From NCBI GenBank assembly GCA_963742735.1, contig CAVUMN010000004.1, positions 704,001-768,000 of the forward strand: 64,000 nt of DNA. Direction: 5' to 3'. The position numbers were made by a program, and so were the translations under genes. Under the pieces are notes generated by a model, which saw only the letters and a program-made list of their open reading frames with translations, was not told the origin of the DNA and did not search any database. The DNA comes from an uncultured Actinomycetes bacterium. Its GTDB lineage: Bacteria; Actinomycetota; UBA4738; JBBDTT01. Positions 30,193-40,183 of the stretch are shown here, in pieces (positions within the stretch are counted from its first letter, which is position 1; the number at the start of each line of letters is the position of its first letter).

Positions 30193-31658
30193 AGGCGCGT
30201 GAGGGACTCGGGGACGCCGACGTCGTCGATCGTGATGAAGTCCCCGGTCAGGTCGTCGAACCAGGGCGAGCGGCCGGTGAAGCGGATCATCCACATGGCC
30301 TTGGCGCCGAAGTGGTCGCCGTCGCTCAGGTTGAGGATGGGCCCGATACCACTCGACCAGTTCCGGAGGTTGCCCACCGTCTCGGCGAAGGCCTCGCGCG
30401 AGAGCTCCGGTCCGGTCATGGCGAGCCACAGGGCGATGCCGGAGGTGATCGCGGCCGGCCCGTAGGTCACGGCGTCCTCGGGCTCGCCGCGCAGGTAGGT
30501 GTTCCGGAGGTCGCGGAGGTTCTTCACCGAGGGGTACTTGTTCTCGTCGGCCCACGGGATGCAGGGCAGCGTGGAGCAGTCGGTGATCATCCCCTCGCAC
30601 GCGGTCGTGCAGACCTCGGCGAGCGCCGTGACCCAGCAGGACGGCACGGTGCACGCCCACTGGACGCCGGCGTCCGCGCCGCGCCATCCCTGCCGGCGGG
30701 CCTCCATGGCTCCGAACACGCCCTGGAGGGCGTCGAGGGCGAGCACCGCGTCCGGGGCCTGGCCGTTGTAGCAGGTCCGCAGGCGGGCGATCTCCGAGCG
30801 CATCCCGTTCGGCGCCTCCTGCGAGCGCTTGAGGACCACGCAGTCCTCGGGGATGGGCCGGCCGAAGTGCTCGGCGATGTTCATGGCGACCTGGACGATG
30901 GTGTCGCGGGCGTACGGGTCGGCCAGGATGCCGATCCGCTGGCGGCCCAGCTCGTTGAGCAGGTATCCCATGTGGATCGCGACCTGCGTGTAGGGGTCGA
31001 TGCCGGGTGAGAAGTTCCACGGCGCGAGCGACGGCACCGGCATCTCGCCGTAGTGGCACCAGATCGCGGGGACCGCCTTCGAGTTCTGGTACTGGGTGGC
31101 CGGCCCCATCAGCGAGGTCTGCAGGTAGCAGTCACGAACCAGGAACACGTTCTCGACGTCGATGAGCCGCCGCATGCCCGCCAGGGCCTCCTCGGGCGTG
31201 GAGGACTGGAGCGAGAAGATCTTCAGGGAGACCTTCCGTCCGTAGATCCCCGGCCGCCCCGGACATCCCCAGTTGACGTGGGCCAGGTGGCCGTCGAAGT
31301 GATCGACCTTGTTCAGGTAGTCGACGGTGACCCGCATCACCCTGGCCGTCTGCTCGCCGAGCGGCCGGAGGGCGCCGGTCAGGGGCAGGATCGTCCCGAG
31401 CTCGATCGCGTCGGCGGTGAATCCCTCCTCGGGGTTCGAGTTCGTCGCGCACTTCGCGTTGGCGCCGGCTCCGCCCGTCGGCGTCGCGCCCGGCTCCCCG
31501 AGGTTCACGCCCTCGTTGCCCTCCGCGGTGGCCGGGGTGGGGGAGGTCCCGGGCGGCAGCGGCGCCCCCGCCACCGTGGTGACCTCCAGGCCGTGCCCGC
31601 CGCAGGCCGCCGCGAGCAGGGCCCACGTGAGGAGCAGGACCCACCGCGGGCGCCTCAC
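30189..31658 (-). CDS. ABC substrate-binding lipoprotein (periplasmic binding protein type 1, LivK-like)
   Basis: Lipobox LAAAC; IELGTILPLTG, GIYGRKV, RRLID.ENVF, GPELSRE.F. Confidence 0.85.
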   Translation of the reverse strand: MRRPRWVLLLTWALLAAACGGHGLEVTTVAGAPLPPGTSPTPATAEGNEGVNLGEPGATPTGGAGANAKCATNSNPEEGFTADAIELGTILPLTGALRPLGEQTARVMRVTVDYLNKVDHFDGHLAHVNWGCPGRPGIYGRKVSLKIFSLQSSTPEEALAGMRRLIDVENVFLVRDCYLQTSLMGPATQYQNSKAVPAIWCHYGEMPVPSLAPWNFSPGIDPYTQVAIHMGYLLNELGRQRIGILADPYARDTIVQVAMNIAEHFGRPIPEDCVVLKRSQEAPNGMRSEIARLRTCYNGQAPDAVLALDALQGVFGAMEARRQGWRGADAGVQWACTVPSCWVTALAEVCTTACEGMITDCSTLPCIPWADENKYPSVKNLRDLRNTYLRGEPEDAVTYGPAAITSGIALWLAMTGPELSREAFAETVGNLRNWSSGIGPILNLSDGDHFGAKAMWMIRFTGRSPWFDDLTGDFITIDDVGVPESLTRL

Positions 31659-32224
31659 GACCGGGCCTCCCGGCGAAGGTCGAGCTCGCGGAGGAGGCCG
31701 GCGAGGACGCCGATCCCCACGACCACCGCCCCGACCAGCATCAGCCACGCCCCCCAGCCGAAGCCGGCGTGGAACTCCACGAACTCAGGCGAGGGCCGCT
31801 CCCGGGCGACCAGGCCCGCCGCGCGGGCGTCCAGCACCCGCAGGCGCCAGACGACCAGCCCGATCCCGGCGGCGGCGGCGGCCACCGGGGCGGCCGTGGC
31901 CAGACGCGACCGGGCCAGCCAGCCGAGGGACGCCACCAGGGTCACGGCGCCGACGATCGCGATGAGCCACCCCGTTCGGCTCGCGTAGCCGTAGCTCCGA
32001 AGGACCACCTCGGCGCCGGCGCCCTCGATCAGCCTGCGGGTGGCCCGGAGGTGCAGGCCCAGCCCGCCGGCCACCAGGAGGGCGCCCCCGCCCGCCGTCA
32101 GGCTCGGCGCGAGGGTTCGCGAGAAGGTTCGATAGCCGATCGCCGGGCGCGACGAAGCTCCGGCGGTCGCGTTCGAGGCGGACCGCTCCACGGACACCGG
32201 CTCCCTCACCTGGACGACAGTCAT
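31655..32224 (-). CDS. Hypothetical four-TM membrane protein, first gene of the ABC operon
   Basis: Hydrophobic helices, GFGWGAWL; overlaps the SBP start by 4 bp. Confidence 0.65.
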   Translation of the reverse strand: MTVVQVREPVSVERSASNATAGASSRPAIGYRTFSRTLAPSLTAGGGALLVAGGLGLHLRATRRLIEGAGAEVVLRSYGYASRTGWLIAIVGAVTLVASLGWLARSRLATAAPVAAAAAGIGLVVWRLRVLDARAAGLVARERPSPEFVEFHAGFGWGAWLMLVGAVVVGIGVLAGLLRELDLRREARS

Positions 32225-32318
32225 GGTGGTACGAGCATCGGGGCGTTGCGGGCGCTCGTGTAGAAGCGTATTCCGCGCGGCGGCCCTCAGTCCTGCGTCC
32301 GGCCTGGACGAGCTGGAT

Positions 32319-32735
32319 CTAGCCTCGGTCCAGGTCCAGCGAGCACGAGTTGATGCACCACCGCTGGCCCGTCGGGTTTGGGCCGTCGTCGAACACGTGG
32401 CCCAGGTGGCCGCCGCAGCGGGCACACGTGGCCTCGGTTCGGATCATCCCGTAGGCCGTGTCGGTCTCCAGCCGCACCTTGGTGGGGTCGAGGGGCTCCG
32501 TGAAGCTCGGCCACCCCGTCCCCGAGTCGAACTTGGTCTCCGAGGAGAACAGCTCGGCCCCGCACGCCGCGCAGCGGTAGACGCCCGTGCCGTGCTCGTC
32601 CCAGTACGCGCCGGTGAACGCGCGCTCGGTGCCCTTCTCCCGCAGCACGTGGTACTGCTCCGCGCTCAGGCGCTCCCGCCATTCGTGCTCAGTGGTGGGC
32701 AGGTCCGCCTGGTCTCCCGAGGTCTCCGGTCTCAT
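32319..32735 (-). CDS. msrB: Peptide-methionine (R)-S-oxide reductase
   Basis: [51 protein letters not shown]. Confidence 0.96.
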   Translation of the reverse strand: MRPETSGDQADLPTTEHEWRERLSAEQYHVLREKGTERAFTGAYWDEHGTGVYRCAACGAELFSSETKFDSGTGWPSFTEPLDPTKVRLETDTAYGMIRTEATCARCGGHLGHVFDDGPNPTGQRWCINSCSLDLDRG

Positions 32736-32765
32736 GTTGCCTCCTTCCGGCGTTGCATCCACCTG

Positions 32766-32792
32766 AACGAGCACGCCCCGGGGGTTGTTCCC
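32766..32792 (-). promoter_or_regulatory. Putative SigR/SigH (actinobacterial thiol-stress ECF) promoter of msrB
   Basis: GGGAAC-N17-CGTT on the minus strand. Confidence 0.65.
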
Positions 32793-32903
32793 GCCGTGTC
32801 CCCCAGGTGGGCGACGGCCACAGGGGCTGCTCCGCACCGCCGCCTGGCCGACAGCCGACCTCCCGATTGAATCAACACGGTCCAGGCAGCACGATGGCAG
32901 GCG

Positions 32904-33482
32904 ATGAGGCCCCTGAGCGAGTTTTCGGCACCCACGTCCCGCGGCCTGCGCCGCGTGCCCGGCGGCGGGCTCCTGGGCCGGGTTCGTGGGCACGACCGCG
33001 AGGCCGCGGCCCCGGGAGTGAGCACGGCCTCCCTGCTGGAGGGGCTCGGGGACGAGGGCTACGCGATCGTCCACGGCGTGCCGACCGCGCGGGGACGTCT
33101 CGACTACGTGGTGATCGGGCCGACGGGCGCCTTCGCGATCCAGTCCGAGCCCTGGAGCGGCAAGGTCCGCGTGAGCAGTGAGCCCCGCCTGACCGTCGAC
33201 GGCCGCGACGAGCACGCGACCGTGCGCCAGGTCCGGGGCGCCGCCAACGACGTGCAGACCCGGCTGTCGCGGGCCGGCGTCGTCCCGTGGGTCGAGGCCG
33301 TGATCGCCGTTCCTCCCAAGGCCGAGCTGCCCCGTCCGCGCATGCCCGTCTCCACCGAGCGGGTGACCCTGGTCCAGACCGGCGACGTGGCGAGCTTCAT
33401 CCGCCAGCACACCGGCCGGCTCTCGGCCCAGGACGTCGTCCGCGCCGTCGAGGCGTTCACCGGGCAGACCGCCCGGGCCTGA
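32904..33482 (+). CDS. NERD (nuclease-related) domain protein
   Basis: GYAIVHGV...[18 protein letters not shown]. Confidence 0.7.
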   Translation: MRPLSEFSAPTSRGLRRVPGGGLLGRVRGHDREAAAPGVSTASLLEGLGDEGYAIVHGVPTARGRLDYVVIGPTGAFAIQSEPWSGKVRVSSEPRLTVDGRDEHATVRQVRGAANDVQTRLSRAGVVPWVEAVIAVPPKAELPRPRMPVSTERVTLVQTGDVASFIRQHTGRLSAQDVVRAVEAFTGQTARA

Positions 33483-33532
33483 GCCGCCCGCCCGCTGGCG
33501 CGGCGGCACCGAACTCGTCCACACTTGCGCCC

Positions 33533-34903
33533 ATGGCTTCGAGCGACCTCGTCGGGTCGACCGCCGCCCAGATCGCCGACCGGGTCCGGGCCGGCGACGC
33601 CGCCCCCGCCGAGGTGATCCGGGCGCACCTGGAGCAGATCGACCGGGTCAACCCGAGGCTGAACGCGTTCCAGGTCGTCCGGGCCGAGCGTGCGCTGGCC
33701 GAGGCGAAGGCGCTGGGCCGCCGGCGGGCCGCGCTGTCCGACCTCCCCCTCGCCGGGGTCCCGTTCGCGGTCAAGGACAACGTGCCGGTGGAGGGCGAGC
33801 CCATGCGCGACGGCTCGCCGGCGACCTCGGACGCGCCGCAGGCCCGCGACCACGTCGCGGTGGCTCGGATCCGGGCCGCGGGGGGGATCGTGATCGGCCT
33901 GACACGGGTGCCCGAGCTCTGCATCTGGGGGACCACCGACGGGCCGTGGGGGATCACCCGCAACCCGTGGGATCCGTCGCGGACGCCGGGGGGTTCCAGC
34001 GGCGGCTCCGCCGCGGCCGTCGGCAGCGCCATGGTCCCGGTGGCCCACGCCAACGACGGCATGGGCTCGATCCGGATCCCCTCGGCGAACTGCGGGCTGG
34101 TGGGGATCAAGCCGGGGGTCGGGGTGATCCCGTGGGGCGATCAGGCGAGCGAGTGGTTCGAGCAGGCCCAGCACGGCCCCCTGGCCACGACCGTCCAGGA
34201 CTGCGCCCGGTTGCTGTCGGTCATGGCCGAGCGCCCCGAGTGGGCGACGGTGAAGCGGCCCCGGGCGGGAGCGGTGCGGTTCGCGGTCTCGGTGAAGTCG
34301 CCGCTCGCCGGCGTACCGGTCGACGCGGAGTGGAAGGCGGCAGCGCGGTCCACCGCGGAGCTGCTGGCCGGCGCGGGGCACCGGGTCGAGGATCGCGACC
34401 CGCCGTACTCGTCGAAAATCCTCCTGGGCAACATCCTCCGCTGGTATGCCGGTTCCTGGGAGGACGCCCGCGAGCTCGACTGGGCGAAGCTCCAGCGCCG
34501 GACGCGCGGACACGCCCGCGCGGGACGCGTGGCGCTTCGGCGCGGATGGGTCAAGCCCGCGCAACGGGAGACGTGGCGCGCCGCGCTCGAGCCGCTGTTC
34601 GAGGCCCACGACGTCCTGCTCACGCCCATGCTCGCGCAGGTCCCCATCAAGGCGGTGGCCTGGGACCGGCGGGCCTGGGCCGCAAACCTGCTCTCCAACA
34701 GCCGCTACGCCCCGTTCGCCGCCCCCTGGAACTTCGCGGGGTATCCGGCGATGGCGGTCCCGGCGGGGATGCACTCGAAGGGGATGCCGCTGTCGGTGCA
34801 GCTGGTGGCCAAGCCTGGCGGCGAGCCGCTGCTGCTCTCGGTGGCCGCGCTTCTGGAGAAGCTCCGCCCCTGGCCGCGCCACGCGCCGATCGCCCGGGTC
34901 TGA
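33533..34903 (+). CDS. Amidase signature family enzyme
   Basis: [43 protein letters not shown]. Confidence 0.93.
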   Translation: MASSDLVGSTAAQIADRVRAGDAAPAEVIRAHLEQIDRVNPRLNAFQVVRAERALAEAKALGRRRAALSDLPLAGVPFAVKDNVPVEGEPMRDGSPATSDAPQARDHVAVARIRAAGGIVIGLTRVPELCIWGTTDGPWGITRNPWDPSRTPGGSSGGSAAAVGSAMVPVAHANDGMGSIRIPSANCGLVGIKPGVGVIPWGDQASEWFEQAQHGPLATTVQDCARLLSVMAERPEWATVKRPRAGAVRFAVSVKSPLAGVPVDAEWKAAARSTAELLAGAGHRVEDRDPPYSSKILLGNILRWYAGSWEDARELDWAKLQRRTRGHARAGRVALRRGWVKPAQRETWRAALEPLFEAHDVLLTPMLAQVPIKAVAWDRRAWAANLLSNSRYAPFAAPWNFAGYPAMAVPAGMHSKGMPLSVQLVAKPGGEPLLLSVAALLEKLRPWPRHAPIARV

Positions 34904-34909
34904 GCCCGG

Positions 34910-34937
34910 ACAGGTCCGGGACCCCTCGGGGACGAAC
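34910..34937 (+). promoter_or_regulatory. Sigma-H-like promoter of the GDPD gene
   Basis: ACAGGT-N15-GACGAAC, 11 nt before ATG 34949. Confidence 0.55.
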
Positions 34938-34948
34938 TCCTCACCCGT

Positions 34949-35932
34949 ATGGTCGCCCGCCGAACGCTCGCCTTCGTCCTGCTGTCCTGCCTGGTCGTGG
35001 GACTGCTCCCCGCCCCGGCCTCGGCCGCGCTGCCCGTCCCGAACCCATGGCGCACCCGGCGGATCCTGAACATCGCCCATCAGGGCGGGGAGAACGAGGC
35101 CCCTTCGGACACCCTGTTCGCCCTGAAGACCGCGATCCAGAAGGGCGCGGACGTCCTGGAGATCGACGTGCATGCCACGGTGGACGGCCAGATCGTCGTG
35201 CTGCACGACACGACGGTCGACCGGACGACAAACGGGACCGGCCGGGTCGACCAGCTCACCCTCGCCCAGATCAAGGCGTTCGACGCGGCCTACTGGTTCG
35301 TTCCCGACTGCGGCACGTGTCACAACCGCCCCGTCTCGCAGTACGCGTACCGGGGGATCGCCACCCGGTCGCGCCCGATGCCTCCCGAGCTCGCGGCCCA
35401 GGGGTTCGCGCCCAACGACTTCAAGATCCCGACGCTGCGCGAGGTCCTGATCCGCTACCCGAAGACGCTCATCAACATCGAGATCAAGAACACGTTCCCC
35501 GACACCACCGGCTACGAGAAGAAGCTCGCCACCCTCCTGGCCGAGTTCGGCCGGACCACCGACACCATCGTCGTCTCCTTCCTGGACCACGCCACCGAGC
35601 TGTTCAAGCTCTTCGCGCCGAACGTCAGCACGGCGACGGGGACCGTGGAGACGGCCCTGTTCAAGGTCTCCTCCGAGGGGCCGCTGCCCGGCCTGCCGAA
35701 CCCCCGCTACCACGCGATCCAGCCGCCCATGGACTTCTTGGGGATCGAGGTGGTCAACGCGGACTTCATCGCCGCCGCCCACCGCAATGGCTTCGCGGTA
35801 CACGTCTGGACGATCAACGACCGGCCCACCATGGAGCAGCTCGTCCGGTGGGGCGTGGACGGGATCATGACCGACTACCCCACGCTCCTCGAGCAGGTCC
35901 TGACGGAGATGGACGTCCGCTACAACGTGTGA
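34949..35932 (+). CDS. Secreted glycerophosphodiester phosphodiesterase
   Basis: Signal peptide; IAHQGG, EIDVH.T.DG..VVLHD, NIEIK, WTIND, GVDGIMTDYP. Confidence 0.92.
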   Translation: MVARRTLAFVLLSCLVVGLLPAPASAALPVPNPWRTRRILNIAHQGGENEAPSDTLFALKTAIQKGADVLEIDVHATVDGQIVVLHDTTVDRTTNGTGRVDQLTLAQIKAFDAAYWFVPDCGTCHNRPVSQYAYRGIATRSRPMPPELAAQGFAPNDFKIPTLREVLIRYPKTLINIEIKNTFPDTTGYEKKLATLLAEFGRTTDTIVVSFLDHATELFKLFAPNVSTATGTVETALFKVSSEGPLPGLPNPRYHAIQPPMDFLGIEVVNADFIAAAHRNGFAVHVWTINDRPTMEQLVRWGVDGIMTDYPTLLEQVLTEMDVRYNV

Positions 35933-35938
35933 CGGCGG

Positions 35939-38593
35939 CTACGTCTCGCTGAGGATCCGCTCGACCGCGGCCAGGCTCTCGTCGAAGGAGAGCTTCCGGC
36001 CGCGCTCCCAGGCGGACTCGGCGACCTCCTCGGACAGGGCCGCCCGGGCTTCCACCGCGGGGTCGCCGTAGACGTCCGTGAGGACCTCGAGGGGCGCCCC
36101 GCCGCCGGTGAGCTCGCGGAGGGTCGCGTCGGCACCGAACAGCATCAGCGCCTCCTCCGGGCGGTGCTCGTAGACGAGCATCGCCGCCGCACTCCACACG
36201 CACTGGGCCAGGCCGGTGGGGTTGTCCGCCTGACGGAACAGCTCGATCGCCTCCGTGAGGTCGCGCCGGGCCTCCACGGGCTCGCCGACGATGGCCCGTC
36301 CGATCGCGGATCCGGTCAGGCTGTCGGCCAGCCCGAAGCGGTTTCCCAGCTCCCGGTAGGTGGCGACGACGGACTGCAGCAGCTGCAGCGCGCCCTCCAC
36401 GTCTCGGTCCTTCAAGTCCTCGTACGCCATGAGCGAGTTCGCGTTCGCCTCCAGGAGCCGATCCCCGGCGCTTCGGGCCAGGGCCGCGCTCTCCTCGAGC
36501 GCCTGCCGAGAAGCCGCGCGGTCGCCCCCGATCAGGTGGATGAACGCCAGGTCGAACAGCGCGTTCGCGGTCCCCGCGTCCTCACCGATCCCGCGCCACA
36601 CCGTCAGCGCCTCGTCGTAGTACCGCCGGGCCGTCACGAAGTCGTTCTGCCAGTAGACGATCCCGCCCGCACCGGTCAGGGCCTTGGCCCGGTGGCGGGT
36701 CGGCGTCTGCGCGGCGGGATGCTCCAGCGCTCGAGCGGCCCAGCGGCGGCCCTCGTCCAGATGACCGCGCTGATGGAAGAAGCGCCACAGGGACCCGAGG
36801 ATCCGCATCGCCGGCTCGGGGTCGTCCCCCTCGAGCGACCAACGCAGGGCCATTCGCACGTTGTCGTGCTCGCGCTCGATCGTGCCGAGCCACGTGACCT
36901 GTTCCGCCCCGGTCAGGTGTGGCTCGGCCTCCTCGGCCAGGGCCACGAAGTGCCCCGCGTGCCGTCGCCGGACCTCCTCGACGTCGAGGGCTCCGTCGAG
37001 CTTCTCCTCCGCGAACTCGCGGATCGTCTCGAGCATGACGAACCGCGGCTCCCCGTCCTCGTCGATCTGGCGAAGGAGGCTCTCGTCCACCAGGTCGGCG
37101 AGCCCGTCGAGGGTGTCGAGCTCGAGCTCGTCGCCGGGGTTGGTCACCGCGTCGGCCGACTCGAACGTCGCGCCGCCCATGAACGCGGCCAGTCGCGCGA
37201 AGAGGGCCCGGTGGGGATCGTCCAACAGGTCGTAGGACCACTCGATGGCCCCGCGGAGGGTCCGCTGCCGCTCGGGGAGGTCCTTCGCACCGGAGGTCAG
37301 CAGCTGCAGCCGGTGCTCGAGCTTCGGCAGCATGGCCTGGGGTGAGAGCAGCTTGACCCGCGACGCGGCGAGCTCGAGCGCGAGGGGCAGCCCGTCCAGG
37401 CGGTAGCAGATCTCGGCGACGGCCGGCGCGTTCTCGTCGGTGACGACGAAGTCGGGCTTGGCCGCCCGGGCCCGGTCGATGAACAGGGCGACCGCCTCGT
37501 ACTGGCTCACCGCCTCGGCGTCGGGGAGCGCCGCGGGATCGGGCAGCACGAGCGGCGGCACCGGGAACTCGTGCTCGCCGTAGATGTGCAGCGGGATGCG
37601 GCTGGTGGCCAGGACCGTCAGCCCGGGGGAGGCGGCCAGCAGGTCGGCGACGACCGAGGCCGCGTCCGTGACCTGCTCGTAGTTGTCGAGGACCAGCAGG
37701 AGCTCGCGCTCCTTCAGATGCTCGGCCAGCATCTCCACGGCGCTTCGCCCCGGGTTCTCGGGGACCCCGAGGGCCTCGGCGATCGTCGGCGCGACCAGGG
37801 CCGCGTCCATCAGCGGGGACAGGTCCACGAAGAAGGCTCCGTCGCGGAAGGAGGTCAGCAGGTCCATCGCCGTTCGCAGGGCCAGGCGGGTCTTGCCCGT
37901 GCCGCCGGGCCCGGTCAGGGTCAGCAGGCGCGCCTGCATCAGCCGCTCGGCGATCTCGACGAGCACCTCGCCGCGGCCGATGAACCGGGTCAGCTGCGCC
38001 GGCAGGTTGTTCGGCCGGGCGTCCAGCCCCCGGGGGGCGGGGAAGTCGGGCTGGCACCCCTCGATCACCAGCTGGTGGAGGTGCTCGGGATGGTCGAGGT
38101 CCTTCAGGCGGTGTGAGCCGAGGTCGCGAAGGGAGGCGCCCGGGGGCAGGGACCGCTCGACGAGCGCACGCGTCGCGTCGGAGAGCAGGACCTGGCCACC
38201 GTGAGCCGCCGCCGCGATGCGCGCGGCGCGGTTGACGTCGAGGCCCGCGTAGTTGTCGCCGCCCCGGATCCCCTCACCGGTGTGCAGGCCCATCCGGACC
38301 CGGACCGTTCGCCCCTCGGGCCATGGGTGGGCGACGAGGGCCCGCTGCGCCTCGTGTGCCGCCGCCACCGCCGCGACCGGGGAACGGAACACCGCGAAGA
38401 AGGCGTCGCCGTCCGTGGAGACCTCCACGCCGTCGACGCCGGCGATCGCCGTTCGGATCAGGCCGGCGTGGGTCTCGAGCAGGTTGGCGTAGTCCTCAGC
38501 CGCGGCCTGGAGCAGTCGCGTGGAGCCCTCGATGTCCGAGAACAGGAACGTGACGGTCCCGATCGGCAGGTCGCGCTCGCGCGGCTCGCTCAC
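35939..38593 (-). CDS. Class III adenylate/guanylate cyclase - STAND (NB-ARC-like) ATPase - TPR protein
   Basis: TFLFSDIEGST, DGDAFF, VRMGLHTGE, DVNRAARI; GPGGTGKT, LVLDNYE, LDGLPLALELAA; C-terminal helical repeats. Start GTG 38593 or in-frame ATG 38716. Confidence 0.9.
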   Translation of the reverse strand: MSEPRERDLPIGTVTFLFSDIEGSTRLLQAAAEDYANLLETHAGLIRTAIAGVDGVEVSTDGDAFFAVFRSPVAAVAAAHEAQRALVAHPWPEGRTVRVRMGLHTGEGIRGGDNYAGLDVNRAARIAAAAHGGQVLLSDATRALVERSLPPGASLRDLGSHRLKDLDHPEHLHQLVIEGCQPDFPAPRGLDARPNNLPAQLTRFIGRGEVLVEIAERLMQARLLTLTGPGGTGKTRLALRTAMDLLTSFRDGAFFVDLSPLMDAALVAPTIAEALGVPENPGRSAVEMLAEHLKERELLLVLDNYEQVTDAASVVADLLAASPGLTVLATSRIPLHIYGEHEFPVPPLVLPDPAALPDAEAVSQYEAVALFIDRARAAKPDFVVTDENAPAVAEICYRLDGLPLALELAASRVKLLSPQAMLPKLEHRLQLLTSGAKDLPERQRTLRGAIEWSYDLLDDPHRALFARLAAFMGGATFESADAVTNPGDELELDTLDGLADLVDESLLRQIDEDGEPRFVMLETIREFAEEKLDGALDVEEVRRRHAGHFVALAEEAEPHLTGAEQVTWLGTIEREHDNVRMALRWSLEGDDPEPAMRILGSLWRFFHQRGHLDEGRRWAARALEHPAAQTPTRHRAKALTGAGGIVYWQNDFVTARRYYDEALTVWRGIGEDAGTANALFDLAFIHLIGGDRAASRQALEESAALARSAGDRLLEANANSLMAYEDLKDRDVEGALQLLQSVVATYRELGNRFGLADSLTGSAIGRAIVGEPVEARRDLTEAIELFRQADNPTGLAQCVWSAAAMLVYEHRPEEALMLFGADATLRELTGGGAPLEVLTDVYGDPAVEARAALSEEVAESAWERGRKLSFDESLAAVERILSET

Positions 38594-38746
38594 GAGGGCG
38601 ACCGTACGACGGTTCGACGGAACCGAACAAGGCCGAGGCGCGTCCGAACCCCTCGGGGGGCCTCGTGGCCTCGAAGATCCGCTCCGCCGCGCCGTCCACA
38701 GGTCACCGTCCTCCATGGGAGGGCCCCGCCGCGCGCGGCTCCAGAC

Positions 38747-38857
38747 AGGACACGTGGTTGCTCGTGACTCGAGCCACATCCCGGCCGGAGCCGGAAGGCA
38801 CCTTGGGTGTCCCTCCCAGGTTGCCGGGCCCGGCGAACCGGGCCGCTCTCGATGCGG
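38747..38857 (-). ncRNA. SAM riboswitch, SAM-I/IV-type architecture
   Basis: Minus strand: CGCATC GAGAG [GCCCGG TTCG CCGGGC] CC GGCAACC TGGG AGGGACA CCCA AGGTGCC TT CCGGC TCCG GCCGG GATGTG, then hairpin GCTCG-AGTCA-CGAGC and GTGTCCT complementary to loop GGGACAC; -10 TATCCT at 38863-38868. Confidence 0.85.
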
Positions 38858-38924
38858 GCCGAAGGATAGCGGCGTTCGTCGCCGGGCGACAAACGGGGGG
38901 GAGTGCGGGGGGTAGCCTTCGAGG

Positions 38925-40157
38925 ATGGCCGGGGCCGCCGAGGTGACGCCGCTCGACGTCGGGTTCGACCCCACGGACCCCGGGTTCGTCGCCAACCCGT
39001 ATCCGGCGTACGCGAGGCTCCGGGAAGCGCACCCGATCCTGCACAACCCGCTGACCGACCAGTGGGTGGTGTCGAGGCACCGCGACGTCAACCGGCTGCT
39101 CCGCGACCGGCGGTTCGGCCGCACCTACCTGCATCTCGCGACCCCCCAGGAGATGGGGCACGTCCCCGAGCCGGAGTGGCTGGCCCCGTTCTGGTACGTG
39201 ATCCGCAACGGGATGCTCGACCGCGAGCCCCCGGACCACAGCCGGTTGCGGACCCTCGTCTCCAAGGCGTTCACGCCGCGCACCGTGGAGCGGCTCCGGC
39301 CCCGCGTGCAGGCCCTGATGGACGGCCTGGTCGACCGCGTGGCCGGCGCCGGCGAGTTCGACCTGCTCAAGGAGCTCGCCGAGCCGCTTCCGGTGACGGT
39401 CATCGCCGAGATGCTCGGGGTCCCCGAGTCCGACCGTCACCTCCTTCGGCCGTGGTCGGCCGACATCTGCCGGATGTACGAGCTGAACCCCACCGACGAG
39501 GACGGCCGGATCGCCCTGGGCGCCGCCACCGAGTTCGCCGAGTACCTCCGCGGGCTGATCCGCGAGCGGCGGGACCGGCCCGGCGAGGACCTGATCAGCG
39601 GCCTGGTGCACGCGGTCGAGGAGGGGGACCGGCTGACCGAGGACGAGGCCATCGGGACCTGCGTGCTGGTGCTGAACGCGGGCCACGAGGCCACCGTCAA
39701 CGTGACCGGAAACGGATGGTGGGCGCTGTTCCGCAACCCGGACGAGCTCGCGCGCCTCCGGGAGGACCGCGCGCTCCTGCCCGGCGCGGTCGAGGAGCTC
39801 ATGCGCTACGACACGCCGCTGCAGATGTTCGAGCGGTGGGTGCTCGAGGACGCCGAGATCCTGGGGGTGCCGGTCCCGAAGGGCAGCGAGCTGGCGCTCC
39901 TGTTCGGCAGCGCCAATCACGATCCCGAGGCCTTCGACCGGCCCGACGCGCTCGACGTGGGGCGCGAGCCGAACCCGCACGTGAGCTTCGGCGCGGGCAT
40001 CCACTTCTGCCTGGGTGCGCCGCTGGCGCGCGTGGAGCTCGCGATCAGCTTCGGGACGATCCTCGATCGCCTCCCCGGCCTGGAGCTGGTCGAGGAACCC
40101 GAGTGGAAGCCGAACTACATCATCCGCGGGCTCACATCCCTGCGCGTACGCAGCTGA
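38925..40157 (+). CDS. Cytochrome P450
   Basis: AGHEAT (I-helix), EELMRY (ExxR), FGAGIHFCLG heme motif. Confidence 0.95.
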   Translation: MAGAAEVTPLDVGFDPTDPGFVANPYPAYARLREAHPILHNPLTDQWVVSRHRDVNRLLRDRRFGRTYLHLATPQEMGHVPEPEWLAPFWYVIRNGMLDREPPDHSRLRTLVSKAFTPRTVERLRPRVQALMDGLVDRVAGAGEFDLLKELAEPLPVTVIAEMLGVPESDRHLLRPWSADICRMYELNPTDEDGRIALGAATEFAEYLRGLIRERRDRPGEDLISGLVHAVEEGDRLTEDEAIGTCVLVLNAGHEATVNVTGNGWWALFRNPDELARLREDRALLPGAVEELMRYDTPLQMFERWVLEDAEILGVPVPKGSELALLFGSANHDPEAFDRPDALDVGREPNPHVSFGAGIHFCLGAPLARVELAISFGTILDRLPGLELVEEPEWKPNYIIRGLTSLRVRS

Positions 40158-40183
40158 GCGTTCCCGGGCAGTACGCTTCGCTC

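Noticed and set aside
32904-38593. NERD plus STAND ATPase as an anti-phage (Avs-like) system
   Set aside because: They are separated by amidase and GDPD genes and lie on opposite strands; cyclase-STAND-TPR proteins are common actinobacterial signalling proteins, and there is no defence-island context.
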